From contig JAYZEP010000004.1 of the NCBI GenBank assembly GCA_036337225.1, positions 1,252 through 65,251 of the forward strand: a stretch of 64,000 nt of DNA. The letters run 5' to 3'. The DNA comes from Thermodesulfobacteriota bacterium. Its GTDB lineage: Bacteria > Desulfobacterota_D > UBA1144. The first letter of the stretch is position 1. Each line of letters opens with the position of its first letter. Below are positions 9,951-20,120 of this stretch, one piece after another. The translations under genes were made by a program, and so were the position numbers. The notes beneath the pieces are model-generated. The model did not search any database. It worked only from the letters and a program-made list of their open reading frames with translations, and was not told the DNA's origin.

Positions 9951-10415
9951 TTAATCTTTTTTGACAAGTTTGTTTAATTCATCCAAAAATTGAGACAAAT
10001 CATCAAAGGACCTATAGACTGACGCAAATCTGATATAAGCAACCTGATCAATAGAGTAAAGATGCTTGATAACGAGCTCACCTATTTGACTAGATTGGAT
10101 TTCTCTTTTTCCGGATTCAATTAACTCTTTCTCTATCAAAAAAACTATATTCTCTATCTGTTTAATGCTAACGGGTCTTTTTTCACATGCTGTAAGAATT
10201 CCTTTTACTATTTTAGTTTTGTCGTATTTTTGAGTCGCGGCATCTTTTTTGATAACCACCAGCTCATATTCCTCAATCCTCTCGTACGTTGTAAATCTCT
10301 TACCGCAATTAATACATTCTCTTCTTCGTCGAATTGATTGAGAGTCAGCTCCGGGTCGTGAATCAATCACCCTAGAACCGTCAACCTTACTACAATCAGG
10401 CCTATCACAGAACAT
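9951..10415 (-). CDS. nrdR: Transcriptional repressor NrdR
   Basis: 154 aa with VIDSR...IRRRRECINCGKRFTTYE and an ATP-cone. The first Zn-ribbon pair is C-x4-C (MFCDRPDC) instead of the usual C-x2-C. Confidence 0.9.
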   Translation of the reverse strand: MFCDRPDCSKVDGSRVIDSRPGADSQSIRRRRECINCGKRFTTYERIEEYELVVIKKDAATQKYDKTKIVKGILTACEKRPVSIKQIENIVFLIEKELIESGKREIQSSQIGELVIKHLYSIDQVAYIRFASVYRSFDDLSQFLDELNKLVKKD

Positions 10416-10464
10416 AGGAAGATATTATCATAAATTTATTGCCAAAGCTTATGAGCCAAAACAA

Positions 10465-11709
10465 TCAAAGTAAGTAAGAATAAATAGGGAACCTAGAGCA
10501 AAGATCGTTAACTTCTTTTTTGCAGGATTCCAATACGCCGCTATTTGTATGATTTTGCAAAACCTTGCTAATTAAACTCGCTATCTGTTCTATCTCTTTG
10601 TCCTTCATCCCCCTAGTTGTAATCCCAGGAGTACCTATTCTGATACCCGATGCGATAGCTGGAGGTTGAGGGTCGAACGGTATTGCATTTTTATTCGTAG
10701 TAATTCCAGCGTCTGAAAGGGCTTGCTCAGCCTCTTTCCCTGTAAGTCCGGACTCTCTTAAGTCTAACAATACTAAATGTGTATCAGTACCCCCTGTTAT
10801 ACATTCAAATCCATTTTGAATTAAAATGCTCGCCAACAATCTGGAATTAATTAGCACTTGCTTTTGATAATCCTTGAATGAACCATCCAAAGCTTCGTTA
10901 AAGGCAACAGCTTTAGCTGCAATCATATTCATCAAGGGCCCACCTTGAGTTCCCGGAAATACTCTACTGTTTACAATTTTTGCATGTTCTTCTTTCATCA
11001 TAATCATTCCCCCTCGTGGTCCTCGTAGGGTTTTATGTGTTGTGGTTGTTACAAAGTCACAGTAAGGAATAGGGTCAGAATACAGACCAGCAGCCACAAG
11101 GCCAGATGGGTGAGCTATGTCAGCTAGCAACAAAGAATTTGACTTGTCAGCAATTTCTCTAAATCTTTTAAAATCCAGATCTCTAGGATAGGAGCTCCAT
11201 CCGGCTATAATCAATTTTGGCTTATTCTTTAATGCCATTTCTTCAATTTGTTCATAATCTATTAAGAACGTATCTTGTTTAACTCCATAACTAATGGAGT
11301 TATAAACTCGTCCAGAAAAATTAACTTTTGATCCATGAGACAGATGCCCTCCATGATCAAGGCTCATTCCTAAGACGGTATCACCAGGCTTTAAAAAACC
11401 AAGGAATATTGCCATGTTGGCTTGAGCTCCTGAGTGTGGTTGAACATTGACAGCCTCAGCGCCAAATAGCAACTTAGCTCTTTCTATTGCAAGTTCTTCC
11501 GCGACATCATAAAATTGACATCCTCCGTAATATCTTTTTCCAGGATAACCTTCGGCATATTTATTCGTTAGTACCGAGCCCATGGCCTCCATAACGGCCC
11601 GACTAGCATAATTCTCTGAAGCTATCATCTGGAGTTCGAATTCTTGCCTCCGGATTTCGCTTTCTATTAAATTTGCGATTTCAGTATCTTTAATTTCAGA
11701 TAGACTCAT
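10465..11709 (-). CDS. glyA: Serine hydroxymethyltransferase
   Basis: 414 aa with the PLP-lysine motif [14 protein letters not shown]. Confidence 0.96.
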   Translation of the reverse strand: MSLSEIKDTEIANLIESEIRRQEFELQMIASENYASRAVMEAMGSVLTNKYAEGYPGKRYYGGCQFYDVAEELAIERAKLLFGAEAVNVQPHSGAQANMAIFLGFLKPGDTVLGMSLDHGGHLSHGSKVNFSGRVYNSISYGVKQDTFLIDYEQIEEMALKNKPKLIIAGWSSYPRDLDFKRFREIADKSNSLLLADIAHPSGLVAAGLYSDPIPYCDFVTTTTHKTLRGPRGGMIMMKEEHAKIVNSRVFPGTQGGPLMNMIAAKAVAFNEALDGSFKDYQKQVLINSRLLASILIQNGFECITGGTDTHLVLLDLRESGLTGKEAEQALSDAGITTNKNAIPFDPQPPAIASGIRIGTPGITTRGMKDKEIEQIASLISKVLQNHTNSGVLESCKKEVNDLCSRFPIYSYLL

Positions 11710-11775
11710 AAGATAGGATTGAGATTACTCAAATTGCAAAAAAATTCAAGAAATGTATACATTTTATATTAGCTA

Positions 11776-14493
11776 ATGCAAAAGAAAATTTCAGTTGTAG
11801 GCGCCTCGCAGAATAATCTTAAAGGAATCGATTTTCAAATTCCGTGGTATCAATTATGCGTTGTCACTGGGCTATCTGGTTCAGGGAAATCCTCCTTGGC
11901 AATTGAGACTATACACTCAGAGAGTCGGCGAAGATACCTAGAATCTTTATCCACATATGCAAGACAATTTTTGGAAAGAATCGACAAACCCAACGTCCTT
12001 TCGATTGATGGGGTTCCTCCGTCTATATCCATTGAGAGTCGAAATAGTGTTAAAAATTCAAGGTCAACGGTGGGAACATTAACAGATATTTATGACTATA
12101 TGCGAATAATTTTTAGTCGATCGGGGAAAATATATTGTCCAGATTGCGATATGGAGTGCGCCTCACTATCAAACGAGAATATTTTTAACAATTTGTTTCT
12201 ACATTATAAAAATCAAGAGATCTCAATTTGCATAAGTAAAGAAAATGAAACCAAATATAGTACCCTGAGAAAAATTGGAATTGTTGAAGCCATAGTTGCT
12301 GGCAAGACCGTTCTAATCGACAAGAATAATAATAAAGATGCGTTAGAAATTTACCCGTTAATTGATACAATAAGCATCAATAAAAAGAATCAATCCAGAA
12401 TAATAGAATCTGTTGAACTAGCCTTTGGTTTATCAAAAACAATATACATATTCAACAAGAAAAAATCTGCCCTTAGAACTTTTAAAAAAGAGTTCTGTTG
12501 TCCTAGTTGCTTCACGGAATTCAAGAGACCTTCTCCCAATCAACTATCTTTTAATAGTCCCGATGGGGCCTGTAAAGAATGTAAAGGTTTTGGCAATATT
12601 CTATTGCCAGACTTAAACCTTATAGTGTCAGATAAAAAAAAATCTATACGAGAAGGTTGCATAGGTATTCTTGGAAGACGATCTTATAGTCATGACAAAA
12701 AAAGATTCATGGAGTTTTGCTCTAGGCGTAAAATAAATATTGATACCCCCTATGACGCACTTTCTAAAGACGCTATTCATCTAATCTTAAACGGAGATGA
12801 CAAATACAAAGGCTTAACAGGTTTCTTTAAGAGACTGGAACGCAAAAGATACAAAATATATATCAGAGTTCTTCTAAGTAAATTCAGGACACCTGCGGAA
12901 TGTAAGAGCTGCCAAGGATCAAGAATAAACCCCATAGCTTCAAAAATAAGGTTCGGGGATAGGACAATTAAAGAGTTGTGCTCTTTGAGTATAGATAAGC
13001 TTCTAAAATTTCTAGTGGGCATAAAGCTTACAAAAAAAGATCGTGATATCGTCGATGAGCCTCTTAGGCAGTGCACCGAAAGATTAAATTACTTAGTAGA
13101 AGTTGGATTAGAATATTTGACATTAGCAAGATTAGGAAGAACATTGTCGGGGGGAGAAGCTCAACGTGTTAATCTCGCCCAGCAACTAGGGTCACGACTT
13201 ACCGACACCTTGTATGTGCTTGACGAACCCTCGATTGGCCTTCATCCGAAAGACATTGAGAGATTACTCAAAACAATAAAAAACTTACGTGATTTGGACA
13301 ACACAATAGTTTTAATAGAGCATGATTTAGATATCATCTCTAAGGCTGATTGGATTATAGAATTGGGTCCAAGATCAGGAGACAATGGAGGAAGGTTGAT
13401 ATATTGCGGACCCACAGAGAATATTAACACGAAGAAAGAATCCATAACGAACAAGTACCTCACCGGTAATTTGTTCGTGGAGACTCCCAGACAAAGAAGA
13501 TCGTCCACTCAGAAGTTAAAAATGAAATATGCGTCAAAGAACAATCTCAAGAAAGTCTCATGCGATATTCCTCTTAATTGTATAACGTGTGTGACTGGCG
13601 TGTCCGGATCTGGCAAGAGCACTCTTATCAAAGATTGCCTTTATGGTAACGCAATAAGGGAATATGGTCAGTCATATGAAAGCCCTGGAAATGTTTCCTC
13701 AATTTCAGGCCTGCATAATTTAAAAGAAATTGTCATGATAACTCAAGAGACAATTGGGACGAGTAACAGATCGAATCCTGCTAGTTATATGAAAATTTAT
13801 GATGATATTAGAAAGATTATGTCTGAATCTCCTGATGCAAAAAAAGTGAGCTTGCGACCTGGAGATTTCTCGTTTAACACGGATGGTGGTAGATGTGATG
13901 ATTGCAAAGGAGATGGGAAGAAGAAAATTGAAATGCAATTCCTGTCTGATTTGGAAGTGGATTGCGATAGCTGCAACGGTAAAAAATTCAAAGACCATAT
14001 ACTAGACATTCAATATAAAGGCCAAAATATAAACAACATATTAGATTTTACAGTTGATGAAGCCAGAAGATTTTTTGAGAATAACAAAAAAATAATCGAC
14101 AAACTTGATATACTCTCTTCCGTTGGACTTGATTATTTACAACTTGGGCAACCTTCTAATACTCTATCTGGAGGAGAGTCTCAGAGAATTAAAATCGCCA
14201 AGTCTTTATTGGCAAAAAATTCTACGAATGTACTTTACATTCTTGATGAGCCATCAATTGGCTTACATTTAGAAGACTTAAAAAACCTGATAAATACATT
14301 CGAACTTATTATAGAGAAAGAAAACTCAATAATTGTAATTGAACATAATGTGGAATTAATTAAAATAGCCGATTATATAATTGACATGGGCCCTGGAGGA
14401 GGTAGCAATGGTGGAAAAATTATTGCAACTGGCACGCCAGAAGAGATTCAAAAGAATAGGCTATCAATAATTGGTCAATATCTAAGCTTATAA
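11776..14493 (+). CDS. uvrA: Excinuclease ABC subunit A
   Basis: 905 aa. Two Walker A sites (GLSGSGKSS, GVSGSGKST), two ABC signatures (LSGGEAQR, LSGGESQR), and Cys pairs for three zinc modules. The segment corresponding to the UvrB-binding/insertion domains is present. Confidence 0.88.
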   Translation: MQKKISVVGASQNNLKGIDFQIPWYQLCVVTGLSGSGKSSLAIETIHSESRRRYLESLSTYARQFLERIDKPNVLSIDGVPPSISIESRNSVKNSRSTVGTLTDIYDYMRIIFSRSGKIYCPDCDMECASLSNENIFNNLFLHYKNQEISICISKENETKYSTLRKIGIVEAIVAGKTVLIDKNNNKDALEIYPLIDTISINKKNQSRIIESVELAFGLSKTIYIFNKKKSALRTFKKEFCCPSCFTEFKRPSPNQLSFNSPDGACKECKGFGNILLPDLNLIVSDKKKSIREGCIGILGRRSYSHDKKRFMEFCSRRKINIDTPYDALSKDAIHLILNGDDKYKGLTGFFKRLERKRYKIYIRVLLSKFRTPAECKSCQGSRINPIASKIRFGDRTIKELCSLSIDKLLKFLVGIKLTKKDRDIVDEPLRQCTERLNYLVEVGLEYLTLARLGRTLSGGEAQRVNLAQQLGSRLTDTLYVLDEPSIGLHPKDIERLLKTIKNLRDLDNTIVLIEHDLDIISKADWIIELGPRSGDNGGRLIYCGPTENINTKKESITNKYLTGNLFVETPRQRRSSTQKLKMKYASKNNLKKVSCDIPLNCITCVTGVSGSGKSTLIKDCLYGNAIREYGQSYESPGNVSSISGLHNLKEIVMITQETIGTSNRSNPASYMKIYDDIRKIMSESPDAKKVSLRPGDFSFNTDGGRCDDCKGDGKKKIEMQFLSDLEVDCDSCNGKKFKDHILDIQYKGQNINNILDFTVDEARRFFENNKKIIDKLDILSSVGLDYLQLGQPSNTLSGGESQRIKIAKSLLAKNSTNVLYILDEPSIGLHLEDLKNLINTFELIIEKENSIIVIEHNVELIKIADYIIDMGPGGGSNGGKIIATGTPEEIQKNRLSIIGQYLSL

Positions 14494-14496
14494 ATT

Positions 14497-15324
14497 TTAC
14501 TTGTATTGTAATTTTTTCATAAGGTCTTTATGTATGTACGAATTGGACGCCAACAAACTTTCGTCATAGACACTGTAATCTTTCCCATTGATTTGAGTTA
14601 CCGTTCCGCCTGCTTCTTGAACAAGCAAAATTCCACCTGCGGTATCCCAAGCATTAAGGCCCAACTCCCAAAAGGCATCAAGTCTTCCACACGCGACATA
14701 GGCAAGGTCCAGAGCTGCAGAGCCATCTCGTCGTATTGATCTACAAGAGTGGATTAAATTTTTGAAATTTTTAATATTGATATCGGTATGTTTTTTGTTC
14801 GATGTTATAAAACCAGTACACAATAATGATTTAGAAAGCTTATTAAGCTTGGTAACAGAAATTTTTTTTCCATTAAGAAATGCACCCTTGTTCTTTTCGG
14901 CGAAAAAGAACTCGCTTTTTAATGGATCAAATATAGCAGCATAAGATAGTACTCCGTCAATACTCAAGGCGATTGATACACAGAAAAAAGGATAATCATG
15001 AATATAGTTGTTTGTACCATCAATAGGATCAATTATCCAAAGTAGGTCTGATGGACCTTTGTGCCTTCCTGTGGACTTTCCTGATTCCTCCGCCAAAAAA
15101 GAAGACTCGGGGAAATATTCCTTGATACACCTTATAATTGAGTTTTCTGCTTTAAGGTCCGTTTCCGTAACCCAATTATTATCTCCTTTGGATTTGATTT
15201 TCTTATTTTCACCAAAGCTTTTAAGTATTATTTTCCCAGCTCGAGAACAGGATTTTTGCAAAACTTCGTGAACTCTATCTCTTAATTCGGGAGGAGGTTT
15301 GAATTGTAATGGCTTTATGTTCAT
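14497..15324 (-). CDS. suhB: Inositol monophosphatase family protein
   Basis: IMPase motifs WIIDPIDGTNNY and WDTAGG. Confidence 0.88.
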   Translation of the reverse strand: MNIKPLQFKPPPELRDRVHEVLQKSCSRAGKIILKSFGENKKIKSKGDNNWVTETDLKAENSIIRCIKEYFPESSFLAEESGKSTGRHKGPSDLLWIIDPIDGTNNYIHDYPFFCVSIALSIDGVLSYAAIFDPLKSEFFFAEKNKGAFLNGKKISVTKLNKLSKSLLCTGFITSNKKHTDINIKNFKNLIHSCRSIRRDGSAALDLAYVACGRLDAFWELGLNAWDTAGGILLVQEAGGTVTQINGKDYSVYDESLLASNSYIHKDLMKKLQYK

Positions 15325-15373
15325 TGCGTTCCTATTGAATTATTTTTAAAGTATTATAAATATATATTTAATT

Positions 15374-15817
15374 ATGAAAAAAGATATTTCTTTCTCCATT
15401 GGTGCCGATGATATGTCAGAGTCGGTGATTAAAGCTAAAATTTGTTTGGAGAAACTTAACTATAAATACAAGTCGTATGGATTAATCAACAAGGATGGAT
15501 TAAATTGGGTCGACATAGCAAAAAACGTGGCCAAAGATGTACAGAATGGGGTTTCCGATTTTGGAATAATCTTCTGTCATACAGGTACTGGCGTATCTAT
15601 AGTTGCAAACAAGTTTAAAGGAATTAGAGCTGCCTTGTGTAACGACAAAGAGATAGCAATAGCAGCACGAAAATGGAATGATGCAAACATCTTAACAATG
15701 GGTATTATGTCCGTAAAAGAAGAAGACATCGAGGACATAATCACAGGTTGGGTTAATACAGAAGTTGATAATTCTGAATTAAAAAACATTGAGAGTATCA
15801 GCGAGATTGAATTATGA
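15374..15817 (+). CDS. RpiB/LacA/LacB-family sugar-phosphate isomerase homolog (atypical active site)
   Basis: 147 aa. FCHTGTGVSIVANKFKGIRAA matches the RpiB core ICGTGxGxSIAANK, with Cys and Thr kept. The columns for His10, His99 and the GGRHxxR motif are substituted (see findings). Confidence 0.65.
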   Translation: MKKDISFSIGADDMSESVIKAKICLEKLNYKYKSYGLINKDGLNWVDIAKNVAKDVQNGVSDFGIIFCHTGTGVSIVANKFKGIRAALCNDKEIAIAARKWNDANILTMGIMSVKEEDIEDIITGWVNTEVDNSELKNIESISEIEL

Positions 15818-16803
15818 GAATTGGCATAGTAGGAGCTAGTGGGGCTGTTGGTGCGGAGATAATTAAAATTCTTGAGGAGAGGAAGTTTAAGGTTTCATCT
15901 CTATCCTTATTTGGTTCTCGAAGATCCGCAGGTAAATATCTATTGTTTAACAAAAAAAGAATTAGAGTAAAACGGCTTGAAAAAAAATATTTAAAAGATC
16001 TTGATTTGATATTTTTTTCAGCTGGGGCAGAGATTAGTAAAAAATTTGCTCATATAGCAACATCGAATGGAGCAATTGTCATTGATAATAGCTCCGCATT
16101 TAGGATGAATCCCGAAGTTCCACTAATTGTTCCTGAAATAAATTCCAAAGATATAAAAAAAATAAGGAATGGCATAGTGGCCAATCCAAATTGCACTACC
16201 GTAATCTCGCTTATGGCTATCAAACCGCTTCACAGCTTATCAAGAATCGACAGGGTTGTGGCAACGAGTTTTCAGTCCGTATCAGGGGCAGGGGCCAGAG
16301 GAATGGAGGAGCTTGTAAACAATACCAAGAACTTATTACACAATGGGAAAAAATTTAAGAATATGGTATTTGAAAGAGAGATTGCTTTTAATGTCATTCC
16401 TAAAATCGGCGACATAACTGCAAACTTGTATTCAGAAGAAGAGATGAAGCTTCACAATGAATCTAGAAAAATACTTTCGGATAATAAAATTAATTTTACT
16501 GCTACGACAGTAAGGGTACCGGTGCTTAGATCGCACAGTATCAGTTTGAATATCGAATTTAAGAATAAAGTCTCTATTGGCAATGCAATCAATGCTCTTA
16601 AGAAATTTCCTGGCTTAAAGGTAATGGGCTCACGAAATAATTCCTATCCTACTCCCATAGATGCAACGAATAGAGACCATTGTATCGTTGGTAGGATCAG
16701 GAGTGATTTTACAGTTAAAAACGGTATCTCCTTATGGATTGTGGGAGATCAAATAAGAAAGGGTGCGGCACTTAATGCTGTTCAAATTGCCGAGCTTTTG
16801 TAA
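15814..16803 (+). CDS. asd: Aspartate-semialdehyde dehydrogenase
   Basis: GASGAVG Rossmann motif, active-site NPNCTT, and RVPVLRSHS. The start overlaps the upstream stop (ATGA). Confidence 0.93.
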   Translation: MRIGIVGASGAVGAEIIKILEERKFKVSSLSLFGSRRSAGKYLLFNKKRIRVKRLEKKYLKDLDLIFFSAGAEISKKFAHIATSNGAIVIDNSSAFRMNPEVPLIVPEINSKDIKKIRNGIVANPNCTTVISLMAIKPLHSLSRIDRVVATSFQSVSGAGARGMEELVNNTKNLLHNGKKFKNMVFEREIAFNVIPKIGDITANLYSEEEMKLHNESRKILSDNKINFTATTVRVPVLRSHSISLNIEFKNKVSIGNAINALKKFPGLKVMGSRNNSYPTPIDATNRDHCIVGRIRSDFTVKNGISLWIVGDQIRKGAALNAVQIAELL

Positions 16804-16835
16804 TAAATTAAATTTGTATTGTATTATATAGACAG

Positions 16836-17720
16836 ATGCAAGAAATCAGAGGTTGTATAACGGCTTTGGTTACTCCCTTCACTAACAAAGGAGAGGTCGA
16901 CAGGAACGCTCTTGAAGATTTAATTTTAAGACAGTTAGAATCCGGAGTTCATGGTATTGTGCCTTGCGGAACAACAGGTGAATCACCTACCCTTAGTCAC
17001 GAAGAGCACGAAGAGGTAATTAGAATAACAATAAATACGATAGGGAAGCGCGTTCCCGTTATTGCAGGAACAGGATCAAATTCAACAGAAGAAGCTTTAA
17101 GATTAACAATGGCCGCAGAAAAAGCCGGTGCTGATGCTAGTCTCCAGGTTGTTCCATATTACAATAAACCTAACCAGAGTGGCCTCTATGAACATTTTGA
17201 TAAGATAGCAAAAAACACTTCGTTGCCAATAATTCTATATAATATACCCGGCAGATCCGTTGTGAGTCTCGAGACTGCCACCATAAAAAAATTAAATAAA
17301 CAAAATAAAAACATTGTTGGAATCAAAGAGGCAAGTGGGAGTATGGACAAAGTGAGAGAGATAAAAAGTGAATGCCCAAAGGATTTTATAATTTTATCAG
17401 GTGAAGACGCTCTAAATTTTGAAATCTTAAAGGCCGGAGGAGATGGTTACATTTCTGTAACTTCAAATATTGCACCAAAAGAATGTTCGGAGCTATTCAA
17501 TCATTTTTCAGAAAACAACATAGAAAAAGCCGAGCAAATAAATAACAACTTATCTGAGCTGAACAAAGTACTGTTCATCGACACTAATCCAATACCAATC
17601 AAATATGCCTTATACAAAGCGGGATTATGCAACAATATCCTAAGACTGCCTTTGGTTGAACTAGACTCCAAAAAAGCTAAGCTTGTTTCAGCCGAACTAA
17701 GTACGCTAAAGCTAATTTGA
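16836..17720 (+). CDS. dapA: 4-hydroxy-tetrahydrodipicolinate synthase
   Basis: 294 aa with GTTGES, YNIPGRS and GIKEASG (Schiff-base Lys). Confidence 0.95.
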   Translation: MQEIRGCITALVTPFTNKGEVDRNALEDLILRQLESGVHGIVPCGTTGESPTLSHEEHEEVIRITINTIGKRVPVIAGTGSNSTEEALRLTMAAEKAGADASLQVVPYYNKPNQSGLYEHFDKIAKNTSLPIILYNIPGRSVVSLETATIKKLNKQNKNIVGIKEASGSMDKVREIKSECPKDFIILSGEDALNFEILKAGGDGYISVTSNIAPKECSELFNHFSENNIEKAEQINNNLSELNKVLFIDTNPIPIKYALYKAGLCNNILRLPLVELDSKKAKLVSAELSTLKLI

Positions 17721-18310
17721 TGAAATCTTTTAACCATATAGAAGATGAGTTGCTAAATCAAAACAAGATCATAGCAGGTGTGGACGAAGTAGGTAGAGGT
17801 TCATTAATGGGGCCTATAGTTACCTGTGCTTTTTTGATTAAAAACAAAGAATTTTATACCGAAGTTGATGATTCAAAATTACTAAGCGAATCAAAACGAA
17901 ACAAGATATTCGTCGAGTTAATGGAAAATAATCCGGATTTTTCTTTAGGTTTTTCTTCTCATATAGAAGTTGATAAAATAAATGTCTTAAATGCTACAAA
18001 GCTTGCCATGCTGAGGGCCATTGCGAATTTGGAAGCATCACCTGATGTACTTTTAATTGATGGTAATCAAAAAATTGATTCTCAAATTTCACAAATATGT
18101 ATTCCAAAAGGTGATAGGATCTGCAAATCTATCGCTGCAGCTTCCATTATTGCTAAAGTCGTTAGAGATTTTATAGTAAAAAGAATTTCCACATTCTTTC
18201 CTTATTACGGTTTTGCAAGAAACAAGGGTTACGGAACCAAATACCATAAGGAGTCTCTACGTCAATATGGGCCTAGCCCTATTCACAGGAAAAGTTTTAA
18301 AAATCGTTAA
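17720..18310 (+). CDS. rnhB: Ribonuclease HII
   Basis: GVDEVGRGSLMGP and DDSK motifs. ATG 17720 overlaps the dapA stop (TGATG); the ORF-track start at 17717 is a TTG one codon upstream. Confidence 0.92.
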   Translation: MKSFNHIEDELLNQNKIIAGVDEVGRGSLMGPIVTCAFLIKNKEFYTEVDDSKLLSESKRNKIFVELMENNPDFSLGFSSHIEVDKINVLNATKLAMLRAIANLEASPDVLLIDGNQKIDSQISQICIPKGDRICKSIAAASIIAKVVRDFIVKRISTFFPYYGFARNKGYGTKYHKESLRQYGPSPIHRKSFKNR

Positions 18311-18351
18311 AAGATTGACAATCCAATATTATTATCTTATTTTTTCATCTC

Positions 18352-18693
18352 ATGTATGTAGAGAAGGAGGAGAATCAAAAATTCTATTTTAAAATTGGAG
18401 AGCTTGAGGCCATCACAGGAGTACCGGCAAACAAAATTCGATATTGGACAAAGAAATACTCTCACCTTCAAGATCAACTGAGGACAAACTCGAACGGCAT
18501 ACATAGGCTATATCATAAAAAATCAATAGAAATAATTTCCAAAATTAATCTGTATTTGAACGAAGCAAGTATCAAGATGGATGGAAGTAAAATTAATGAA
18601 AAGCTTCAGAATACATTCCAAAGAGAAGAGAAAGTCGTTAAAGAACTTAAAGCAATAAGAAAAAGATTAGAAAAAATTTTAGATGCTCCTTAA
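18352..18693 (+). CDS. Small MerR-family HTH protein
   Basis: 113 aa. FKIGELEAITGVPANKIRYWTKKY is a MerR-type N-terminal HTH. The remainder is a charged helical tail with no effector domain. Confidence 0.6.
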   Translation: MYVEKEENQKFYFKIGELEAITGVPANKIRYWTKKYSHLQDQLRTNSNGIHRLYHKKSIEIISKINLYLNEASIKMDGSKINEKLQNTFQREEKVVKELKAIRKRLEKILDAP

Positions 18694-18696
18694 GCA

Positions 18697-18769
18697 CGGG
18701 GTGTGGCGCAGTTGGTAGCGCACTGGTCTGGGGGACCAGGGGTCGTCGGTTCAAGTCCGATCACCCCGA
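18697..18769 (+). tRNA. tRNA-Pro (anticodon GGG)
   Basis: Cloverleaf read by hand: acceptor CGGGGTG/CACCCCG, anticodon stem CTGGT/ACCAG with loop CTGGGGG, T-loop GTCGGTTCAAGTCCGAT. CCA is not encoded. Confidence 0.9.
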
Positions 18770-18775
18770 CAATTA

Positions 18776-19543
18776 ATGAGAATTCTTTTAACAAACGATG
18801 ATGGGGTTAATTCCGAGGGAATTGATGCGCTGTATAAGATTCTATCAGAGTTCGGAGAAACTATCGTCGTTGCCCCTTCTCATAATCAAAGCACCACAAG
18901 TCACTCTATAAGTTTGAATGTTCCATTGAGAGTAAGAAAAATTGATAACAATAAATATTCCTTATCAGGACTTCCAGCGGATTGCGTTAATTATGCTATC
19001 AATAGCAAGATGGGTAAGAGGAAATTTGATTTAGTTGTAGCAGGTATCAATAATGGGGCCAACTTAGGTGATGATATCAATTATTCTGGCACTATTGCAG
19101 CAGCACGAGAAGGATTTCTTCATGGCATAAATTCGATAGCAGTATCAATTGCAAATAAACAGAATCCAAAATACCTGGAATGTTCCATAGCTTTCAAAAA
19201 TATCCTTACAAAAATACTCAAAAAGAAGCTAAAATCATACTTTCTTAATATCAATTATCCCAATATCACCCCAAAAAAAATGAAGGGGATCAAATTTACA
19301 AAACAGGGCTCAAGAGCCTATGGACAAAAGATAATTGCAAAGAAGGATCCACGAGGAAATGAATATTTCTGGATTGGGGGTAATGATTTAAGCTACAAGG
19401 CAAAAGCGGGAACCGATATACACGCGGTCAGAAATGGATACATTTCTATCACCCCACTAATTGTTGATTACACTAAATATTCAGATCTTAAATCAAAAAG
19501 GCGTAAAGTTCTCAAGAAAAAGAGTGTTAAGATTTATGATTAA
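18776..19543 (+). CDS. surE: 5'/3'-nucleotidase SurE
   Basis: N-terminal MRILLTNDDG, GINNGANLG and YSGT motifs. Confidence 0.92.
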   Translation: MRILLTNDDGVNSEGIDALYKILSEFGETIVVAPSHNQSTTSHSISLNVPLRVRKIDNNKYSLSGLPADCVNYAINSKMGKRKFDLVVAGINNGANLGDDINYSGTIAAAREGFLHGINSIAVSIANKQNPKYLECSIAFKNILTKILKKKLKSYFLNINYPNITPKKMKGIKFTKQGSRAYGQKIIAKKDPRGNEYFWIGGNDLSYKAKAGTDIHAVRNGYISITPLIVDYTKYSDLKSKRRKVLKKKSVKIYD

Positions 19544-20120
19544 CAAACTATCAGCCTATCTTTTTAAGCCTAGAAATGGAAGAAGAGGAATAATCTTTAT
19601 GTCAATTGTTGCGTTTACTGAAGCAATCTTCTTTCCCATTCCGCCTGACCCATTCCTTGGTTTCTTGTGTATAAAAAAGAGCTACAGAAGGGTTTTGCGT
19701 ATTGTTACAATTTGCCTGTTTTTTTCAATCTTTGGAGGATGCGTGGGCTATGTTCTTGGTGAAGAAATAATAAATTTTGCAATTAAGAGTGATTTTGGTC
19801 CGATAGTCAACAATCTAGACAAAATAGAGCCGCTAAAAAATGATATCAATGAAGAAACATTTTTGTTAATGTTAGCATCAGGCTTTACTCCGCTTCCATT
19901 TAAAATATTCTGTATTGCGGCAGGAATAATCAATGCAAACTTCACCTACTTCCTCCTAGGATCAATACTTGGTAGATTCCTCAGATTTGGTCTTGTAGGA
20001 TATTTAGCCAAAATATTTGGTGAAGAATTTGAAGCAATCTTGAAAAATAAAAAAGTTTTATATTTATCTATTGGTCTTATAGTAATTTTGATTATATATT
20101 TTATTTATAAATGGACTTAA
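19536..20120 (+). CDS. YqaA/DedA-like (VTT-domain) inner-membrane protein
   Basis: Multi-pass hydrophobic protein with FTEAIFFPIPPDP near the N-terminus. ATG 19536 overlaps the surE stop; the ORF-track start at 19461 lies inside surE. Confidence 0.55.
   Translation: MINKLSAYLFKPRNGRRGIIFMSIVAFTEAIFFPIPPDPFLGFLCIKKSYRRVLRIVTICLFFSIFGGCVGYVLGEEIINFAIKSDFGPIVNNLDKIEPLKNDINEETFLLMLASGFTPLPFKIFCIAAGIINANFTYFLLGSILGRFLRFGLVGYLAKIFGEEFEAILKNKKVLYLSIGLIVILIIYFIYKWT

Noticed and set aside
11753-11762. Perfect 10-bp palindrome ATGTATACAT, 14 nt upstream of uvrA. I considered it as an SOS box related to the TGTATAG core of the recA repeat, or as a dif-like XerCD site (central TGTATA).
   Set aside because: In DNA this AT-rich, on the order of a hundred 10-bp perfect palindromes are expected by chance in 64 kb (my rough estimate). 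Only a 6-mer is shared with the recA repeat, and the flanks do not match the XerC/XerD arms as I remember them. It is worth including in a motif search but is not a finding by itself.
11776-14493. UvrA, considered as a class II (UvrA2-type, drug-resistance or defence-associated) paralog because it is short (905 aa) and divergent.
   Set aside because: The segment between the first Walker A and the first ABC signature still contains the Cys pairs and the length corresponding to the UvrB-binding and insertion domains. There are no resistance or defence genes adjacent. It is treated as the housekeeping uvrA.
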